A stretch of DNA of 64,000 nt from a virus. Shown piece after piece: positions 58,994 through 64,000 of this stretch (positions are counted from its first letter, which is position 1; the number at the start of each line of letters is the position of its first letter). A model generated the notes under the pieces. It had not been told where the DNA came from. It saw only the letters and a program-made list of their open reading frames with translations, and ran no database searches. A program made the position numbers and the translations under genes. The DNA lies in IMG/VR virus record IMGVR_UViG_3300027659_000015, positions 41,722-105,721 of that record. The stretch is one strand, 5' to 3'.

Positions 58994-59926
58994 ATGTCAG
59001 AACACATGTTATGGGTGGAGAAGTATCGCCCTAAAACGATTGAAGATTGTATTCTTCCTGAGGCTCTCAAGGCAACCTTTCAGGAATTTGTAAATCGTAA
59101 AGAGATCCCAAATTTGCTTCTAGCAGGTTCAGCAGGTGTCGGCAAGACTACTGTTGCTCGTGCTATGTGTGAAGAGGTGGGTTGTGATTACATTGTCATT
59201 AACGGTTCTGATGAGAATGGTGTAGATACCATTCGTGTTAAAATTAAAAACTATGCTTCGTCAATGTCCTTGACTGGTGGTCGTAAGGTCATTATCTTAG
59301 ATGAAGCAGACTATCTAACGCCTAATGCACAGGCCATCCTGCGTGCAGGTATTGAAGAATTTGCATCTAACTGTTCTTTCATATTCACCTGTAACTTTAA
59401 GAACAGGATTATCGATCCTATTCATTCCCGTTGTACTGTAATTGATGTTAAGCCAAATGGTTCTAAAGCCAAGATGGCGACACTATTCTTTAAGCGTGTA
59501 GAATGGATATTGAAAGAAGAGAATATCACGTATGACAAAGAAGTTATTGTCGCCGTTGTTACTAAACATTTCCCTGATAATCGCCGTATTCTTAATGAGT
59601 TACAACGATATGGTATATCTGGTAACATTGACAAAGGTATTCTTGCCTCAGTTTCAGATATTCAACTTGGTGAGTTAACCAAATCACTCAAAGATAAAGA
59701 CTTTGCTGGTGCTCGTAAATGGGTCACCATGAACTTGGACAATGATCCTACACGCATCTTCCGTAAATTGTATGATGGTCTATATGAACTATTGAAAGCC
59801 AATTCTGTACCTCAATTGGTTCTTATCCTTGCCAAGTATCAATATCAGGCAGCATTTGTGGCTGACCATGAAATTAATTTGATTGCCTGTCTCACAGAAA
59901 TTATGGTTGAATGTGAATTCAAATGA
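58994..59926 (+). CDS. gp44: clamp loader large subunit gp44
   Basis: LWVEKYRP; G.AG.GKTT; IILDEAD; FI.TCN; SRC motif. Confidence 0.97.
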   Translation: MSEHMLWVEKYRPKTIEDCILPEALKATFQEFVNRKEIPNLLLAGSAGVGKTTVARAMCEEVGCDYIVINGSDENGVDTIRVKIKNYASSMSLTGGRKVIILDEADYLTPNAQAILRAGIEEFASNCSFIFTCNFKNRIIDPIHSRCTVIDVKPNGSKAKMATLFFKRVEWILKEENITYDKEVIVAVVTKHFPDNRRILNELQRYGISGNIDKGILASVSDIQLGELTKSLKDKDFAGARKWVTMNLDNDPTRIFRKLYDGLYELLKANSVPQLVLILAKYQYQAAFVADHEINLIACLTEIMVECEFK

Positions 59927-60291
59927 CACCATTCGACTTTGTAAACCTGGTTCTTCACACCAAGAAACCAGATGATGAACTTGACTTCAAGGACTATGCG
60001 CCTTTCATAGTCAATCGTTCTCTATCATACCACATTGATTGTGTGTTGTATGCCAATGAGATGAATCTTTGGCCATCTACGGACAAAGACATGCAATACC
60101 AGTATCTTCTAAATAGTATTAGACCTATGAAACGGAAGTTCGCTCCGTGGCAGAAGTCCAAGAACGATGAGAATATTGATTGCATTAAAACATATTTTGG
60201 TTACTCCAATCAAAAGGCTAAAGAAGCCTTGCGTATTCTTACTGATGAACAAATCGCTGAAATAAAAAGAAAAACAGACAAAGGCGGGTGA
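59923..60291 (+). CDS. gp62: clamp loader small subunit gp62
   Basis: Y.PFIVNR.LS...D....ANEMN; KR.F..W.K; YFGYS..KA.EAL.IL. Confidence 0.94.
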   Translation: MTPFDFVNLVLHTKKPDDELDFKDYAPFIVNRSLSYHIDCVLYANEMNLWPSTDKDMQYQYLLNSIRPMKRKFAPWQKSKNDENIDCIKTYFGYSNQKAKEALRILTDEQIAEIKRKTDKGG

Positions 60292-60292
60292 T

Positions 60293-60700
60293 ATGATTGA
60301 CGTTAAGGATTTGGTGGAAGTAACATTACAAGAACAAGATGATTTCTTAAAAGTCCGTGAAACATTAACACGGATTGGTGTGGCTTCCAAAAAAGATAAA
60401 ACATTATTCCAGTCGTGTCATATTCTCCACAAGCGTGGACAATATTACATAGTACATTTCAAAGAACTATTTGCCTTAGATGGCAAGCCAACAGACATTA
60501 CCGAGAATGACCTTTCTCGTAGAAATGCCATCGCCAACCTATTGGAAGATTGGGGTCTGATTAAGATTGTCAACAAAACACAAACAGAAACACCACCACC
60601 TATCTTTCTATCACAGGTAAAAATCATTTCTCATAAAGAGAAGGCTGAATGGCAATTAACCCCCAAGTACAATATTGGTAAAAAACCACAAAGTACTTAA
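60293..60700 (+). CDS. regA: translational repressor RegA
   Basis: DDFLKVRETLTRIGVAS.K...L.QSCHILHK.G.YYIVHFKELF.LDG. Confidence 0.98.
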   Translation: MIDVKDLVEVTLQEQDDFLKVRETLTRIGVASKKDKTLFQSCHILHKRGQYYIVHFKELFALDGKPTDITENDLSRRNAIANLLEDWGLIKIVNKTQTETPPPIFLSQVKIISHKEKAEWQLTPKYNIGKKPQST

Positions 60701-60725
60701 CAGGTAGTATAAATAATAGTATAAT
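60697..60725 (+). promoter_or_regulatory. nested promoters for hsp20: sigma70-type TTAACA-17-TATAAT enclosing late TATAAATA (60708-60715)
   Basis: Both motifs are read directly in the sequence. Confidence 0.65.
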
Positions 60726-60730
60726 TATGG

Positions 60731-60788
60731 TGCCGTGCTCATCGAGGCGGCAATTTCTTAAACTCGCTTTAACAGGAGAAAAAGCATG
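60731..60788 (+). promoter_or_regulatory. ROSE-like RNA thermometer candidate in the hsp20 5' UTR
   Basis: 5' hairpin TGCCG..CGGCA, then CTC-G-CT/AGGAG hairpin with a bulged G over the SD. Confidence 0.55.
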
Positions 60789-61229
60789 ACTCAATTATTT
60801 CCTTCAATGGATTTCCACAAGTTCGACCCTTTTATGATTGGTTTCGATGAAGTTTTCAAGCAATTTGAAGACCTGTCTAAAACAGCAAAAAAAGCAGTTG
60901 CATATCCACCATACAATATTAAACAAGTAAAAGAAAACAAATACGTCATTGAAATGGCAGTTGCTGGTTTCGCTAAAACAGATATTGAAGTTACCCTAGA
61001 AGGTAACAAATTGGTTGTTAAAGGTGCTGCTAAAGAAGATGAAACAGACACTTCAGAATACCTCTTCAAAGGTATTGCTAATCGTGGTTTCAATCATGAA
61101 TTCAAGATTGCTGATAAGATTGAAATTGAAAACGCAGAGTTGGCAAACGGTATGTTAAAAATCTGGTTGTCTAACATGGTCAAAGCTCAAGACCTAATCA
61201 AAAAGATTCCTTTGGTTTCTAAAGACTAA
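60786..61229 (+). CDS. hsp20: small heat shock protein (Hsp20/IbpA-like)
   Basis: IGFD; YPPYNI......Y.IEMAVAGF....I.V; YL.KGIA.R.F...F; A.L.NG.L.I. Confidence 0.95.
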   Translation: MTQLFPSMDFHKFDPFMIGFDEVFKQFEDLSKTAKKAVAYPPYNIKQVKENKYVIEMAVAGFAKTDIEVTLEGNKLVVKGAAKEDETDTSEYLFKGIANRGFNHEFKIADKIEIENAELANGMLKIWLSNMVKAQDLIKKIPLVSKD

Positions 61230-61260
61230 ATGTAATTTTCCAATAAAACGGTAAATAACA

Positions 61261-61291
61261 AAGGGGCTCTTGACAGAGCCCTTTCTTTTTT
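61261..61291 (+). terminator. intrinsic terminator after hsp20 (overlaps next promoter)
   Basis: AAGGGGCTCT-TGAC-AGAGCCCTTT plus CTTTTTT. Confidence 0.85.
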
Positions 61292-61298
61292 GTATAAT
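61270..61298 (+). promoter_or_regulatory. consensus sigma70 promoter
   Basis: TTGACA-17-TATAAT. Confidence 0.8.
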
Positions 61299-61307
61299 GG
61301 ACTTATT

Positions 61308-61517
61308 ATGAAATATCGAAACAAAGAACTTCAACATTCCAATCCAGTAAAAGTGCGTGTGAAATCATCACAAGAAGTTTTCTATACCTTTAAACATTGG
61401 GGTACGGAAGATATTGATGGTGTTGATTTTATTTCGGTTTGTAAATTTGAACCTAGACAAGACTTAACACAACAGCTATATAAGATGCGTAAAGATTCAT
61501 TGGAATATATTAAGTAA
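61308..61517 (+). CDS. hypothetical protein
   Basis: ATG at 61308 just downstream of the promoter; E.IDGV.F..V ... MRKDS.E. Confidence 0.6.
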   Translation: MKYRNKELQHSNPVKVRVKSSQEVFYTFKHWGTEDIDGVDFISVCKFEPRQDLTQQLYKMRKDSLEYIK

Positions 61518-61528
61518 TATTTCACATT

Positions 61529-61957
61529 ATGAAACAGAAACATATTGAAGCCTATATGAAGACCGCTGAGGTCTTTGCGGAATGTTCTACCGCAACCCGT
61601 CTCCATGTTGGTGCTATCATAGTCAAAGATGAACGTATTATCTCAATAGGATACAACGGAACACCGTCTGGATGGGATAATAATTGTGAAGATATCAAGA
61701 TAAACAATGATGGTGATTATGTCACCGTGACTAAACCTGAGGTGTTACATGCGGAAACCAATGCTATCGCTAAACTGGCGAAATTTAATGGATCTGGAAG
61801 TGGGTCTGTATTGTTCGTTACTCATGCTCCTTGTCTTGATTGCTCCAAGTTGGTTTTTCAAAGTGGTATTTCTACTGTGTACTATCGTAATAGCTATCGT
61901 GACAATGCTGGAGTGGACTTCCTCAACCGAGCAGGAGTAAAAGTGGAACAAATCTAA
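61529..61957 (+). CDS. cd: dCMP deaminase
   Basis: VGA.IVK..RIIS.GYNG.P; HAE.NAI; PC..C zinc motifs. Confidence 0.93.
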   Translation: MKQKHIEAYMKTAEVFAECSTATRLHVGAIIVKDERIISIGYNGTPSGWDNNCEDIKINNDGDYVTVTKPEVLHAETNAIAKLAKFNGSGSGSVLFVTHAPCLDCSKLVFQSGISTVYYRNSYRDNAGVDFLNRAGVKVEQI

Positions 61958-62007
61958 TTTTCTAAATAAGGCTGGAAAACTATGGTCGGATAACTCAAGG
62001 AGTTCCT

Positions 62008-62514
62008 ATGAAATTGAGAATCGTTAATTGTCCAGATGAACACTTCAAGCCTTATGTGGAACGGGCTGTCCATTTTTTTGCCAAAGAACTAATTATTAAT
62101 AAAAAAATTAGAAATAATTGTTTTGTTAAGATAAAGTTTGATGAAAAAATAAAAGATTATGGTTCCTGTCTGGTTGAAGAATACAATACTAGAAACCAAC
62201 CTAGAGAATTCCTAATTGAAGTTCATCCTGGTATTGGTGCCAGAACAATCATAGAAACTATTGCACATGAAATGGTGCATGTCAAACAACATATCTACAA
62301 CGAAACCAATGATGACTTATCACATTGGCTTGGTAGAAAAATAAACTCAGACGAAATTGATTATTGGATTCATCCATGGGAAATAGATGCTCATGGAAGA
62401 GAAATTGGTTTAGTAACTAAATTTGCCATTTCTGAAAGCCTTTGGGATATTTTTGATGGTTTTAAAAATCCAACTCAAGCAATCGATAATAAAGAACTAG
62501 GTTGGAAAATATAA
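62008..62514 (+). CDS. putative zinc metallopeptidase (HExxH)
   Basis: TIAHEMVHVKQ ... Y...PWEI.A; SD AAGGAG; late promoter TCTAAATA 61961-61968. Confidence 0.7.
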   Translation: MKLRIVNCPDEHFKPYVERAVHFFAKELIINKKIRNNCFVKIKFDEKIKDYGSCLVEEYNTRNQPREFLIEVHPGIGARTIIETIAHEMVHVKQHIYNETNDDLSHWLGRKINSDEIDYWIHPWEIDAHGREIGLVTKFAISESLWDIFDGFKNPTQAIDNKELGWKI

Positions 62515-62520
62515 CATTCT

Positions 62521-63195
62521 ATGAAAATTTCGGAGTTTAAACCAAAGAGTAACAATCTTTGGGAAGAAAAGTTTTTGCCTAGTAAAAAGATTGGTATTGT
62601 TATACGTGGTATAACAACAGGTAGATCCGTAAAACAAGATAAAGATTGGAATTTAACTAAAGATAATATAAAAGAATATCTAATAAATCCAATAGGACAA
62701 TCACACAATATCTATATTACAACTTACCAACATGATAACTTGGAAGAAATCAAAGCATTTTATAATCCAAAAAAATTAAATGTATTACCATTTCAAGGTT
62801 CCAATCAAGTAGATACAATAATAAAAGCTTTGGTTGATATACAGGATGAAGATTTAGATTTTATATTTGTAATAAGATTTGATACCGAATATTTACAAAA
62901 GGTTGATACCTTTGAATTTGATTTTGATAAGTTTAATTTTTTGTTTAGAGAAAAGGATACTTGGCAGGAACAAAATTATGTTTCGGATATCTTCTTTGCT
63001 TTTCCTAAAAAATACTTAACATCTTTTATAGATGCCATCAAAGCAGAGCAAACTAATCCATCAAGAAGTTTCCATGATTTACACAATTCATATAAGAGAA
63101 TTAAAGATATAATTGGAGAAGAAAGTATTCATTTTGTCTTTGATGGTGAACATTTTTCTGATGTTAATCCTTATTTCATAATAAAAAGAATCTAA
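62521..63195 (+). CDS. hypothetical protein, possibly glycosyltransferase-related
   Basis: D.I...RFD and SD.FF motifs; very AT-rich; start uncertain. Confidence 0.5.
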   Translation: MKISEFKPKSNNLWEEKFLPSKKIGIVIRGITTGRSVKQDKDWNLTKDNIKEYLINPIGQSHNIYITTYQHDNLEEIKAFYNPKKLNVLPFQGSNQVDTIIKALVDIQDEDLDFIFVIRFDTEYLQKVDTFEFDFDKFNFLFREKDTWQEQNYVSDIFFAFPKKYLTSFIDAIKAEQTNPSRSFHDLHNSYKRIKDIIGEESIHFVFDGEHFSDVNPYFIIKRI

Positions 63196-63199
63196 CCGC

Positions 63200-63228
63200 T
63201 TGCCAAACAATAAAAGTTCCTATATAAT
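63200..63228 (+). promoter_or_regulatory. sigma70-type promoter of the tRNA operon leader
   Basis: TTGCCA-17-TATAAT; predicted +1 near 63235. Confidence 0.75.
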
Positions 63229-63234
63229 AACACT

Positions 63235-63327
63235 ATGACAAAATTTAATAACACATTACCGACAACTCCACAGTATCACAATTGTGATGAGTCATGGTCG
63301 ACCAGGTTTTGTGTAAAGGAAAAGTAA
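63235..63327 (+). CDS. putative leaderless leader peptide MTKFNNTLPTTPQYHNCDESWSTRFCVKEK (attenuator)
   Basis: 30-codon ORF starting at the predicted +1; its 3' part carries the antiterminator arm. Confidence 0.6.
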   Translation: MTKFNNTLPTTPQYHNCDESWSTRFCVKEK

Positions 63328-63355
63328 CTAAAAAGTTCTATCAGATTCTAAACAC

Positions 63356-63392
63356 AAGACCCTAGACCTAAAAAATCTAGGGTTTTTTGTTT
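63356..63392 (+). terminator. intrinsic terminator (attenuator) directly upstream of tRNA-Ser
   Basis: ACCCTAGA-cctaaaaaa-TCTAGGGT plus TTTTTGTTT. Confidence 0.8.
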
Positions 63393-63480
63393 GGAAGTGT
63401 GGTCGAGTGGTCTATGGCTCTGGTCTTGAAAACCAGCGTATCGAAAGGTACCGTGAGTTCGAATCTCACCGCTTCCGCCA
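63393..63480 (+). tRNA. tRNA-Ser(TGA)
   Basis: Acceptor GGAAGTG/CGCTTCC; anticodon arm CTGGT-cTTGAaa-ACCAG; long variable arm; TTCGAAT loop; encoded CCA. Confidence 0.95.
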
Positions 63481-63486
63481 ATTTGT

Positions 63487-63560
63487 TTCTCGCTGGTGTA
63501 GTGGTAGCACAATAGTCTCCAAAACTATTAGTTGCGGTTCGATTCCGTAGCGGGATGCCA
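63487..63560 (+). tRNA. tRNA-Trp(CCA)
   Basis: Anticodon arm ATAGT-ctCCAaa-ACTAT; TTCGATT loop; G73; CCA end; U1:U72 mismatch. Confidence 0.9.
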
Positions 63561-63565
63561 ATTGT

Positions 63566-63641
63566 ATAGGTGTGACCCGAAAGGTTAGGGGGCGGATTGC
63601 AAATCCGCTTTATGCAGGTTCGATTCCTGTCACCTATTCCA
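63566..63641 (+). tRNA. tRNA-Cys(GCA)
   Basis: Acceptor ATAGGTG/CACCTAT; GCGGA-ttGCAaa-TCCGC; U73 discriminator; CCA. Confidence 0.93.
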
Positions 63642-63669
63642 AATGTGTTGTATTAAAACAACAGTCTGG

Positions 63670-63697
63670 TTGACAGGTCTACCAGTTCTGTTATAAT
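63670..63697 (+). promoter_or_regulatory. second sigma70 promoter within the tRNA cluster
   Basis: TTGACA-16-TATAAT with a TGn extension. Confidence 0.75.
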
Positions 63698-63704
63698 TCA
63701 TCCA

Positions 63705-63738
63705 TGAATTGAGAAATCGATTCAACTGTTCTTTAAAA
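63705..63738 (+). promoter_or_regulatory. rrn-like boxB hairpin plus boxA antitermination candidate
   Basis: TGAATTGA-GAAA-TCGATTCA hairpin, then TGTTCTTTAAAA (10/12 to the E. coli rrn boxA TGCTCTTTAACA). Confidence 0.55.
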
Positions 63739-63753
63739 ATTTTGTATCAATAT

Positions 63754-63829
63754 GCTCGGTTCGTCTATCGGTTAGGACACTGCCCTTTCACGGCAGTAAG
63801 GAGGGGTTCGATTCCCCCACCGAGTACCA
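63754..63829 (+). tRNA. tRNA-Glu(TTC)
   Basis: Acceptor GCTCGGT/ACCGAGT; CTGCC-ctTTCac-GGCAG; TTCGATT loop; CCA. Confidence 0.93.
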
Positions 63830-63837
63830 TATTAAAA

Positions 63838-64000
63838 TACATTGGGTTACCAATTCCAGTAGGTGACTTAGGAGCACGTGATGGCCGCATCATCTCGCTA
63901 AGTTTACATGAAGCCTTCCGATGGCGCTGGAAAACAAATTGGCCTGTAATGTGGAGATTGTCTTATCGGCAGACGAAGCCGTGAGAAGCCAGATAAAGTT
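63838..64000 (+). ncRNA. candidate structured non-coding RNA (may continue past the window end)
   Basis: GC-elevated non-tRNA segment with nested helices CCAATT/AATTGG, CCAG/CTGG, GACTTAG/CTAAGTT, GTGATG/CATCAT. Confidence 0.4.

Noticed and set aside
34680-60700. Introns, inteins or homing endonucleases in core genes
   Set aside because: gp17, gp20, gp23, uvsW, gp46 and gp44 are continuous and of ordinary length; no HNH, GIY-YIG or LAGLIDADG motifs were seen.
1130-62708. Numerous minus-strand and alternate-frame ORFs in the track (e.g. 22019..22681, 57658..58149, 14528..14824)
   Set aside because: Shadows of long + strand genes with biased codon usage; no SD, promoter or recognisable motifs.
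63275-63304. Perfect palindromes ATCACAATTGTGAT (63275-88) and TGGTCGACCA (63295-304) as stand-alone operators
   Set aside because: They lie inside the leader ORF 40-70 nt downstream of +1 and have no other copies seen; more simply treated as part of the attenuator leader, though an operator role is not excluded.
63709-63984. 91-aa ORF in the supplied track
   Set aside because: Overlaps tRNA-Glu, the boxA candidate and the structured RNA; TTG start, no SD, no protein-like features.
1-64000. Alternative genetic code or stop-codon reassignment
   Set aside because: Core genes read full-length in the standard code and end in TAA, TGA or TAG; no suppressor anticodon among the four tRNAs.

Overview
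A 64-kb segment of a large T4-like myovirus (AT-rich, all credible genes on +), with cyanophage-type core gene order (no gp24 after gp23; uvsY-uvsW-gp55-47-46; gp45-44-62-regA-hsp20) and no photosynthesis genes in this window. 1-34.6 kb is a very large tail-fibre/adhesin island: an S74-chaperone fibre, Mtd_N-like fibres, Ala/Asn heptad-repeat stalks, two paralogous 6xLamG proteins, and Gly-rich and beta-propeller tips. 34.7-48.2 kb is the neck/terminase/tail/head module (gp13-gp23, gp3). 48.2-63.2 kb holds recombination, late-transcription and clamp genes plus accessory genes (peptide deformylase, DUF4338/DruA-like, HTH, glycosyltransferase-like, dATP/dGTP diphosphohydrolase-like, DsbA, Hsp20, dCMP deaminase). 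From 63.2 kb a tRNA cluster begins (Ser, Trp, Cys, Glu). The most striking unannotated signal is a candidate ribosome-coupled transcription attenuator in front of the tRNA cluster: promoter, then a leaderless 30-aa peptide using 17 of 20 amino acids, then mutually exclusive antiterminator/terminator hairpins, then tRNAs. It could induce phage tRNAs when host tRNAs are depleted. Other candidates: an rrn-like boxB/boxA element, a ROSE-like thermometer on hsp20, constant-linker/variable-LamG cassette exchange, a plug-and-socket terminal-peptide grammar among fibre genes, and an antisense promoter upstream of gp55. All family calls are from motif recognition by eye; no searches or folding programs were run.
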